Shown here: positions 12,821 through 20,656 of the stretch, piece by piece
Numbering within the stretch: position 1 is the stretch's first letter
How the letters are laid out: each line of letters begins with the position of its first letter
Source of the DNA: Candidatus Xenobia bacterium
GTDB lineage: Bacteria > Vulcanimicrobiota > Xenobia > Xenobiales > QWHO01
Assembly: GCA_045863235.1 (NCBI GenBank)
Contig: BTUM01000001.1
Span: forward strand, 128,001 to 192,000
DNA length: 64,000 nucleotides
Direction of reading: 5' to 3'
The notes under the pieces: generated by a model
What the model was told of the DNA's origin: nothing
Databases searched by the model: none
What the model saw: only the letters and a program-made list of their open reading frames with translations
Position numbers and translations under genes: made by a program

Positions 12821-13665
12821 CGAGCTCGGTCGACTGGCTGGAGGTCGAGCTGACCGCTCCTGCTGACCAGGAGAGCTCGCTGGCCCTGCTGCTCGAGCGC
12901 CGCCACCTGGGCGGCTGGGTGGTGGAGCCCGAGACCGAGGGCCTGCGCTGGGTGTTCTATGTCCCCCAGGAGCCGGGCTGGAAGGAGCGGCTGGGAGCGT
13001 TGGGCCTGGCCGCCGCCGAGCACGACGGGGTCATCAAGGTGCGCGGCCAGGTGCGCGACGAGGACTGGGCCGAGAACTGGAAAGAGTTCTACCATCCCCG
13101 CCGCCTGACCAGGAGGCTGGTGTTGCGCCCGAGCTGGGCCGAGTTTCAGGCCGAGCCGGGCGACCTGGTGATCGAGCTCGACCCGGGTATGGCTTTTGGC
13201 ACCGGCTACCACGCCAGTACGCGACTCTGCCTCGAGCTCCTTGAAGAGCAGCCTCCGGCTGAACGGGTGCTGGATATGGGTACCGGGTCGGGCATCCTGT
13301 CCATCGCTGCCCTGCTGATGGGCAGCCAGCGCGTCACCGCCATCGACTGCGATCCGGTGGCCGTGCGGGTGGCCCGCGAGAACCTGCGCCACAACCGGCT
13401 CTCGAAACGGGCGCGGGTCTTGTTGGGCGAGAACGTTCCCCGGGCCCGTTACGACCTGATCCTGGCCAATCTGATCGCCCAGGTGCTGGTGGAGATGGCT
13501 CCCGAGCTGACCCGGGCCCTGGCCCCCGGGGGCCGACTGGTGGTGGGTGGCATCATCGATACCCGCGTTGACGAGGTGCTGGAAGCCTTTTCGGGTCTCG
13601 TCGCGGTGGGGCGGGGTGAGGAGGAGGGCTGGGTGGCTCTGGCCTTCCAGCGCCCGTGCGGCTGA
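12817..13665 (+). CDS. prmA: Ribosomal protein L11 methyltransferase
   Basis: [22 protein letters not shown] and [10 protein letters not shown] motifs; conserved dnaJ-prmA-rsmE order. Confidence 0.95.
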   Translation: MTSSVDWLEVELTAPADQESSLALLLERRHLGGWVVEPETEGLRWVFYVPQEPGWKERLGALGLAAAEHDGVIKVRGQVRDEDWAENWKEFYHPRRLTRRLVLRPSWAEFQAEPGDLVIELDPGMAFGTGYHASTRLCLELLEEQPPAERVLDMGTGSGILSIAALLMGSQRVTAIDCDPVAVRVARENLRHNRLSKRARVLLGENVPRARYDLILANLIAQVLVEMAPELTRALAPGGRLVVGGIIDTRVDEVLEAFSGLVAVGRGEEEGWVALAFQRPCG

Positions 13666-14336
13666 CGCGCCTGTTCGCTCCGGTCGCGCCCCCCGAGTTT
13701 CGCCTGGAGGAGGACGCCGCCCACCACCTGCGGGTGCTGCGCTTGCGACCCGGGGACCGCTTTCTGGCCATCGACCAGGGCTGCGACTGGTTGTGCGAGC
13801 TGACGCGCGGAGGTAAGGCAAAGGTGCTCGAGTCGCGCCCGGCCCGACCCGAGCCGAGCGTGGCCCTGGACCTCAAGCTGGCCCTGGTCAAGGGGGAGCG
13901 CTTCGATCAGGCGGTTGAGATGGCTTCCGAACTGGGGGTGAGGAGCATCACTCCCCTCCTGACCGGGCGCACCGTGGGCGAACAGCCCGGAGTCACACGC
14001 ATCGCTCGCTGGGAGCGCATCTCTCGCTCGGCGGCGGCCCTTTCCGGGCGGGCCCACTTTGCCAGCATCGAGCCCGTTCTCCGCTTGGAGGAGGCCCTCG
14101 CCTCTTGCGGTCCGGGGATCTTGTTCTGCCCCGGTCAGAAGGCTCTGCGAGAGCTTCCAGCCGGCCAGAGGCTTTCGCTCTGGTTGGGGCCGGAGGGTGG
14201 ATTTGCTCCCGAGGAGGTCGAAGGGGCGAGCCGCCAGGGTCTGGTGCTGGCCGGGTTGGGGGAGAGGATTTTACGCGTGGAGACGGCCGCCGTGGTGGCC
14301 CTGACCCTGGTGCTCCAGCTGGCGGGAGAGCTATGA
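13656..14336 (+). CDS. rsmE: 16S rRNA m3U1498 methyltransferase
   Basis: HHLRVLRL, ELGV, GPEGGF and LGERILRVETAA motifs. Confidence 0.93.
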   Translation: MRLTRLFAPVAPPEFRLEEDAAHHLRVLRLRPGDRFLAIDQGCDWLCELTRGGKAKVLESRPARPEPSVALDLKLALVKGERFDQAVEMASELGVRSITPLLTGRTVGEQPGVTRIARWERISRSAAALSGRAHFASIEPVLRLEEALASCGPGILFCPGQKALRELPAGQRLSLWLGPEGGFAPEEVEGASRQGLVLAGLGERILRVETAAVVALTLVLQLAGEL

Positions 14337-15793
14337 TACAACCCACTCAAGAGAAGTTTGCCGAGCTGAGCGCTCAGGGTTTCGTGGTGCCGGTCTACCG
14401 CGAGCTGCCGGCCGATCTCGAGACCCCGCTCTCGGTCTTTCTGAAGCTGCGCCGCCCGGGCGAGCCGGCCTTCTTGCTCGAAAGCGTCGAGAAGGGCCAG
14501 TCGGTGGGGCGCTATTCCTTTCTGGGCACCAACCTGAGCCTGCTGCTGCGCCTACAGGGCGACCGGGTGGAGCTGGCTGAGGGGGGCGAGCAACCTTTGG
14601 CCGGGCGCGATCCGCTGGAGCTCTTGCGGCAGGCCATGGGCCGCTTCAAAGCGGTCCCCTTGCCCGGGCTGCACGGTTTTTGGGGGGGAGCGGTTGGTTT
14701 TCTGGGTTATGACGCCATCCGTCGCTTCGAGCCCGTGGGGCCTGGTCAACCCGACGACCTGGGCTTGCCCGAGGCCCTCTTCCATCTCTGCCGCCAGTCC
14801 GTTCTGTTCGATCACGTGGCCCAGCGGATGTACGCGGTGGTGGCCGTGGAGCCCGGCGGCGATTACCAGGCGGCCGTGGCCGAGCTGAACGATCTGGGCG
14901 CGCGCCTGGCGCGTCCGCTGGAGTTTCATCCCCAGCACGGAGCCATTGAGGATACCGAGGAGCGGCACAACCAGACCCGGGAGGAGTACATGCGGGGGGT
15001 GGAGCGGATCCGCGAGCACATCGCCGCGGGCGACATCTTCCAGGCGGTCCTGTCGCGTCGCCTCGAACGTCGAAGCAGCGCCGATCCGGTCAATCTTTAC
15101 CGGGCCCTGCGCATCCTCAATCCCTCGCCTTACATGTTCTTTCTCGACTTCGGCGAGTTCCAGCTGATCGGCTCCTCGCCCGAGGCCCTGGTCAAGCTGG
15201 ACGGACGCACCGCCGAGACCCACCCCATCGCCGGCACCCGTCCCCGGGGGCGAGACGTGGAGCACGATCACGCCCTGGAGCAGGAGCTCCTGGCCGACCC
15301 CAAGGAGCGCGCCGAGCACGTGATGCTGGTGGACCTGGGTCGCAACGATCTCGGTCGGGTGTGCAGCTACGGGAGCGTGCACGTGCCCCAGTTCATGGAG
15401 GTGGAGCGCTTTTCTCATGTCATGCACATCGTCTCGCGGGTGCAGGGCGAGCTGCGACCAGACTGCGACGGCTTCGACCTGGTACGGGCCGCGTTTCCGG
15501 CCGGAACGGTGAGTGGGGCCCCGAAGATTCGAGCCATGCAGATCCTCGACGAGCTCGAGCCCACCCGGCGTGGGATCTACGCAGGCGCGGTGGGCTACTT
15601 CGGATTCTGGGGCAACCTGGACACCTGCATCGCCATTCGCACCATCCTGCGCCGCGGCGACCGGGTCTATCTGCAGGCCGGGGCTGGCATCGTGGCCGAC
15701 TCCGACCCGGCCACCGAGTACCAGGAGACGGTGGCCAAGCTGGAAGCGCTGAAGAAGGCGCTCGAGATGGCCGAAGGAAGTATGCTTCGATGA
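14333..15793 (+). CDS. trpE: Anthranilate synthase component I
   Basis: DLETP, FLLES, LNPSPY, GSSPE, PIAGTR, HVMLVDLGRND and FPAGTVSGAPK motifs; ATG 14333 overlaps the rsmE stop. Confidence 0.93.
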   Translation: MIQPTQEKFAELSAQGFVVPVYRELPADLETPLSVFLKLRRPGEPAFLLESVEKGQSVGRYSFLGTNLSLLLRLQGDRVELAEGGEQPLAGRDPLELLRQAMGRFKAVPLPGLHGFWGGAVGFLGYDAIRRFEPVGPGQPDDLGLPEALFHLCRQSVLFDHVAQRMYAVVAVEPGGDYQAAVAELNDLGARLARPLEFHPQHGAIEDTEERHNQTREEYMRGVERIREHIAAGDIFQAVLSRRLERRSSADPVNLYRALRILNPSPYMFFLDFGEFQLIGSSPEALVKLDGRTAETHPIAGTRPRGRDVEHDHALEQELLADPKERAEHVMLVDLGRNDLGRVCSYGSVHVPQFMEVERFSHVMHIVSRVQGELRPDCDGFDLVRAAFPAGTVSGAPKIRAMQILDELEPTRRGIYAGAVGYFGFWGNLDTCIAIRTILRRGDRVYLQAGAGIVADSDPATEYQETVAKLEALKKALEMAEGSMLR

Positions 15794-16347
15794 TCCTCGT
15801 GCTGGACAACTACGACTCGTTCACTTACAACCTGGTGCAACTGCTGGGCACCCTGGGCTGCGAGGTGGAAGTGCACCGCAACGACCGGATCTCGCTCGCA
15901 ACCATTGAGGAGAAACGACCCTCCCATCTGGTCATCTCCCCGGGCCCTGGCCGGCCCGAGGATGCCGGCCTCTCGGTGGAGGCCATCCGCCAGCTCAAAC
16001 TGCCCATCCTGGGGGTCTGCCTGGGGCATCAGGCCCTGGCGGTGGCCTTCGGGGGCGAGGTGGTGCGAGCCGAGCACCAGCTGCACGGCAAGGTCTCGAA
16101 CGTCTACCACGATGGCTTGCATCTCTTCCAGGGGCTTTCCAACCCGTTCGAGGCCACCCGCTACCACTCGCTGATCGTGCGCGAGGAAAGTCTGCCGGCC
16201 GACCTGCGCGTGACCGCCTGGACCTCCGACGGCGAGATCATGGGCCTGCGGCATACGAGACTGCCGCTCGAAGGGGTGCAGTTTCACCCCGAATCGATTC
16301 TGACCGGCGAGGGGCGGCGGATCCTGAAGAACTTCCTGGACCGTTGA
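15790..16347 (+). CDS. trpG: Anthranilate synthase component II (glutamine amidotransferase)
   Basis: DNYDSFTYNL, SPGPG, GVCLGHQ and QFHPES motifs. Confidence 0.92.
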   Translation: MILVLDNYDSFTYNLVQLLGTLGCEVEVHRNDRISLATIEEKRPSHLVISPGPGRPEDAGLSVEAIRQLKLPILGVCLGHQALAVAFGGEVVRAEHQLHGKVSNVYHDGLHLFQGLSNPFEATRYHSLIVREESLPADLRVTAWTSDGEIMGLRHTRLPLEGVQFHPESILTGEGRRILKNFLDR

Positions 16348-16371
16348 CCTTCGATCATCGCTGCGCCTGGC

Positions 16372-18048
16372 TCAGCGCTCGCGCCAGAGAATCACCCTCA
16401 GCCGATCCTCCAGGCTCAAGAACTCGTTGAGACGGAAGGACACCGTGGTATCCGCTCCGGCGGCGCTGGAGGCATCCACCCAGCCGTTGGAGCCCCCCGC
16501 CACGGGAAGGGGATCAGGGGGCATGGCCATCACCTCATAGAGGGGGGGGCTGCCCTGCAGGAAGGAGCGGATGACCCCCAGGCCCGGGCCGGGATCCGGC
16601 CCCAGCGTCAGCCAGTAGGCCTCGTACTCCAGGATGATGCTCTGCACGAAGCTCAGGTAGGCGGCTGGATTGGTCTTGTAGTTGAAGCGGACCGGTGGCT
16701 CGAGTTCGGGGTGACGATTGAGGTAGAAGACGGAGGGCCAGACCAGCACGTCCCCGGTGGGCACGCCGTCCACAAAGCGCGCCTCCAGGGTCATCATGGG
16801 CGAGGATCCGATCTGCAGGCTGCGGTTCCTGCCCACGTTGCGGCCTGGCACCTGGAACTCCACTTCGGTGTAGTCGCCCACCTGGATGCCGGCCGCGTCC
16901 TCCAGCTCGAGCGAGCCACCAGGTCCGGCCACGAAGGCTCCCAGCAGGCTCATCTCCTCGGCCTGGAAGGGCCCCTCGGTGTAGACCACTCCCTGGAAAG
17001 CCGAGCTGGAACGGCCACTGCCCTTGAGCGAGGCCCCCCGCCCGGCCAGCAGCACGGCTCGATTGCCCGGGTCCAGGGCGGCCCCCTCGCTCACGGTGAC
17101 CTTGCCGGTGGCCACCACCAGCCCGGTGCCCTGAATCGATCCCCGCACGGTCAGGTCTCCATTGACGTAGACCACTCCTCGCTCCAGCACCAGGTCTCCG
17201 CTCACGCTCAGGTCCTCGGAGGCACGGAAGTAGCCGCTGAGAGGAGCCGGGTCGACCAGCGGATCGGAGCGAGAGCCGCTGAGTATCTGCAGGTCGCTGC
17301 GTCCGAGCGGATCATAGTCGCCCAGTCGCACGTGAGGGACCGGAGCGAGCTCGGCCCCGGATTGCAGCTGGCCTCGAACCACCACGTCGGGGGCCGTCAC
17401 GATGCCGCCGGGCGAGCGCACGTTGCCGGTCACGGTGGTGCCCTGGCCCAGATCGATGGCTCGCTCCTGGGTGCTGTTCGAGGTGATGTGGCCGGGCTGG
17501 AGCTGGTCGGGATCGAGCTCGATCTGCTCGGGTGCCCCGCTCATCGCCCCCACCAGCAGCCGTTCCCCGGCCACCGGGCCTTCGGAGGCGATGGCGTAGG
17601 GGAAGGGAGGCACGAACAGCACGGCCTCCACGGTGCGCTGGGACCCCCGGCAGCGGCCCACGCCCACCAGGTGGATGGAGTGGGCCGGCACCAGGCGCTC
17701 GCCATTCTGGCGGGCCGACTCGGAACGGAAGTTGTTCAGCGAGCAGGGGATGCTCAAGAGCCCCGCCTGGCCGACATCGAAGGCCAGAACCCCTTCGGCC
17801 CCTGCCACCAGGCTGAGTTGCACGGGTGGAGAGCCGCTGACTTCTCCGAAGCTGGCGTCCGACTCCACCAGCCGGTCGATGGCCAGGGCGATGACGCTTT
17901 CGGCGTGCTCCAGGGCCAGCTGGCTGGCTTCCAGTCGCTGAGAGACGTTCAGATGGGCCATGCCGGTGCCGGCCAGAACCCAGGCCAGCGTCAGGGCCAG
18001 TCCCATGACGATCAAGACGGTGATCAGGCTGCTGGCCCGGCGCCTCAC
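16372..18048 (-). CDS. PilX-like large minor pilin / pilus-associated protein
   Basis: Basic N-terminus then hydrophobic helix (MRRRASSLITVLIVMGLALTLAW), beta-rich body, operon with prepilins. Confidence 0.55.
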   Translation of the reverse strand: MRRRASSLITVLIVMGLALTLAWVLAGTGMAHLNVSQRLEASQLALEHAESVIALAIDRLVESDASFGEVSGSPPVQLSLVAGAEGVLAFDVGQAGLLSIPCSLNNFRSESARQNGERLVPAHSIHLVGVGRCRGSQRTVEAVLFVPPFPYAIASEGPVAGERLLVGAMSGAPEQIELDPDQLQPGHITSNSTQERAIDLGQGTTVTGNVRSPGGIVTAPDVVVRGQLQSGAELAPVPHVRLGDYDPLGRSDLQILSGSRSDPLVDPAPLSGYFRASEDLSVSGDLVLERGVVYVNGDLTVRGSIQGTGLVVATGKVTVSEGAALDPGNRAVLLAGRGASLKGSGRSSSAFQGVVYTEGPFQAEEMSLLGAFVAGPGGSLELEDAAGIQVGDYTEVEFQVPGRNVGRNRSLQIGSSPMMTLEARFVDGVPTGDVLVWPSVFYLNRHPELEPPVRFNYKTNPAAYLSFVQSIILEYEAYWLTLGPDPGPGLGVIRSFLQGSPPLYEVMAMPPDPLPVAGGSNGWVDASSAAGADTTVSFRLNEFLSLEDRLRVILWRER

Positions 18049-19553
18049 AGGCTGGCCTCCAGCGCTCGCAAGCAGCTCTTCAGGTCGGGGTAGCGGTCTT
18101 CGGGCTGCTTGGCCAGCATCCGGGCCACCACCCGGCCGGCCTCGGGGCTCAGATCCGGCCGCAGGTCGGTGAGGAGAGGCGGCGGCTCTTGCAGGTGCTG
18201 CATGACCAGGGCCAGCGGATCGTCGCCCTGGAAGGGCAGCTGGCCGGTCAAGAGCTCGAAGGTCATCACTCCGAGCGAGTACTGGTCGCTGCGGGGATCG
18301 GTCTGAGAGATGCCCTTGACCTGCTCGGGTGGGATGTAAGCCGGCGTTCCGAAGATGGATCCGGTCAGGGTCACCGTCTGGAACTCCTGGGCCCGGGCCA
18401 GGCCGAAGTCGACCACCTTCACCTGCTTGCCCTCGGCCAGCAGGACGTTGTCGGGCTTCAGGTCGCGGTGCACGATGCCCTGGGAGTGGGCGTAGCCGAC
18501 CGCCTCAAACAAAGGCCGCAGGTAGTTCATTGCTTGCTCGGCCGGCAGCCCTCCGGGTTTGATGACACTGGCCAGGGTAGGGCCTTTGATCCACTCCATG
18601 GCTACGTAGAGCAGCCCGTCGTGCTCGCCATAGGCTTCCAGCAAGACGATGGCGGGATGGCGCAGGCGGGCCAGGATCTTGACCTCGCGCAGGAAGCGGA
18701 AGCGCAGCTCTTGACTGTGGCCCAGGGCCTCCCGGTCGATCACTTTGATGGCCCGGGCCTGGCTGCGGTCGGCGCTGCGAGTGGGCACGCCCAGGTAGAC
18801 GGTGGCCATGCCTCCGCGGCCCAGCCGTTCCACCAGAAAATAGGCCCCCAGCTGCTTGCCCACCCAGGGGTCGTCCTCGCGGCTGACCACCATGGAGGCC
18901 AGCCGCTCGAGCCGCTCGCGCTCGTGATAGGCTCGCTGACGGGCCGGCAGGATCAGACCGAAGAGGGCCGCCAGGGCGCTGGAGAGCACCACCAGACTGG
19001 TCAGGGGGTAGGCCCGAATCAGCTCGTAGATGGGCATGACCACGGGCCATCGGGGGGTCAGGGCGTGGCTGCCGCTGGTCGGCCAGCGCTCCACCCCGGG
19101 GGCGAGCGTGAACTCATGCGGTCGATAGCCAGGCCGGGTGAGCTTGACGCTGACCGGGGTCTGGGCGTTGGGCCAGAGCTCCAGGGGCACCGTGAAGGGC
19201 CCGGGAGTCAGGCCCAGGGGTTGCCCGGCCAGCTCGGCGCTGGCCCCCGGGGGGGAGGTGGCCAGGGTCAGTCGGATCAGCACGGGCTCCATCTCCAGCA
19301 CGCTCCCCGGCTCGGGCGGAAGGCGCAGCCCGGGGCCCAGCACGCCGCTCCATTCCAGGTCGCGATAGCCGAAGCGGCGCAGCCTCAGGTGCACCGGTCC
19401 TGGCTCGAGCAGCATCTTGTCGCCCCGTTGCTCCACTCGCTCCCAGCTACCGGCTCGCTCCAATTGGACCAGTCGGGGTAGCGGACGGCACGACAGGGAG
19501 TACTCGCGCAACTCGGCTCTCGCCGGCAGCCAGAGCAAGAGCAGCAAGAGCAT
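18045..19553 (-). CDS. Membrane Ser/Thr protein kinase with extracellular PEGA-like domains
   Basis: Signal peptide, PEGA-like TSPPGASAEL, a TM segment, then LGRGGMATVY, HRDLKPDN, DFG and GTPAYIPPEQ. Confidence 0.9.
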   Translation of the reverse strand: MLLLLLLWLPARAELREYSLSCRPLPRLVQLERAGSWERVEQRGDKMLLEPGPVHLRLRRFGYRDLEWSGVLGPGLRLPPEPGSVLEMEPVLIRLTLATSPPGASAELAGQPLGLTPGPFTVPLELWPNAQTPVSVKLTRPGYRPHEFTLAPGVERWPTSGSHALTPRWPVVMPIYELIRAYPLTSLVVLSSALAALFGLILPARQRAYHERERLERLASMVVSREDDPWVGKQLGAYFLVERLGRGGMATVYLGVPTRSADRSQARAIKVIDREALGHSQELRFRFLREVKILARLRHPAIVLLEAYGEHDGLLYVAMEWIKGPTLASVIKPGGLPAEQAMNYLRPLFEAVGYAHSQGIVHRDLKPDNVLLAEGKQVKVVDFGLARAQEFQTVTLTGSIFGTPAYIPPEQVKGISQTDPRSDQYSLGVMTFELLTGQLPFQGDDPLALVMQHLQEPPPLLTDLRPDLSPEAGRVVARMLAKQPEDRYPDLKSCLRALEASL

Positions 19554-19554
19554 T

Positions 19555-20148
19555 CTACAGACCACTTCGAGGCCACACTGCGCGATGGACCGTCACGCGG
19601 TCGATCCGTCGGTTCAAAGTCAGGCTCAGCATCAGGCAGTCGCCCTCCTGGGTGAAGGCCAGCGTCTCCACGTCCCGAGCCAGCCAGCGCGACTGGGCAG
19701 CAGGCGTGTTGGCCACCTGGGCCAGCTCCGCCGCACCCAGCCTCAGCGGAGCGCCCCCGCCGGGCAGGGGAATTCCGAGCGAAGGGGGCTCGGGCGGCCA
19801 CTGGCGACGAACCAGTCGGTCGTCGAGCTGGGCATAGACGATCACGAAGCTCTCCCAGGCCCGCTGGCCAGTGGCCAGCACGGTGTCCTGGCGCATCAGG
19901 CCCAGAGCCGCCGGCCGCTCGGTGCGCAGGCTCCAGGCGCCCGGTGCGCTGCGATAGAGGTCCCGGGCCATCGCCTCCAGGGCGGTGGTGGCCTCCAACT
20001 GGAGCTGGGCTCGGGTGCTTCCCCGCAGCTGGGCGCGCATGGTGGGCACCAGAAAGGCGTAAACCAGGCCCATGACCAGCAAGGAGAGGGCACCGGCCAC
20101 CATGATCTCGACCAGGGTAAAGCCCTTACGGTCGCACTTTGGAGACAT
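19555..20148 (-). CDS. Prepilin-type N-terminal cleavage/methylation protein
   Basis: Class III signal KG|FTLVEIMVAGALSLLVMGLV. Confidence 0.8.
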   Translation of the reverse strand: MSPKCDRKGFTLVEIMVAGALSLLVMGLVYAFLVPTMRAQLRGSTRAQLQLEATTALEAMARDLYRSAPGAWSLRTERPAALGLMRQDTVLATGQRAWESFVIVYAQLDDRLVRRQWPPEPPSLGIPLPGGGAPLRLGAAELAQVANTPAAQSRWLARDVETLAFTQEGDCLMLSLTLNRRIDRVTVHRAVWPRSGL

Positions 20149-20503
20149 AGACCGCATGCTCGGTTTGGTAAGTCTTCTGGCGTACTGTCCACTCCACGAT
20201 GGAACGAAGCTCGACCAGGCGGGAAGACACCTGGCGAATGGTTAGTTTGCGCTTGAACTCGACCTGCCCGGCTCCTGAAACGGATGGAAGAATCGTCTCC
20301 CCCGCGGCCAGAGCGGCGAAGGGTCGGGCCCGAAACTCCTCCAGGGCCGCCCGGGCCAGCTCTGTCGCCTCCAGCTGGTTTTCTCCACGGCGAATGGCCA
20401 GCAAAGACGTGGGGTAGAGCTGGAACAGGAACGGCACCACGAGCCCCAGGAGGGCCGCGGCCAGGAGTACCTCGACCAGGGACAGGCCTCGTGACTGTAC
20501 CAT
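20126..20503 (-). CDS. Prepilin-type (PilV-like) protein
   Basis: Class III signal RG|LSLVEVLLAAALLGLVV. Confidence 0.8.
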   Translation of the reverse strand: MVQSRGLSLVEVLLAAALLGLVVPFLFQLYPTSLLAIRRGENQLEATELARAALEEFRARPFAALAAGETILPSVSGAGQVEFKRKLTIRQVSSRLVELRSIVEWTVRQKTYQTEHAVYVSKVRP

Positions 20504-20656
20504 ATGTTCTATTTTAGGGGATGGTTGATTCGGAGGCAAGCCAGGCAAGGTGGATTTGTGAACTTGGTGTTAACCATGTAAACGATTCCCGAAGATTCTT
20601 GACCGGATCGGAAACCGGCGTGAAAGTGGGGTAGACTTAATTGAGGTGCTTGACTG

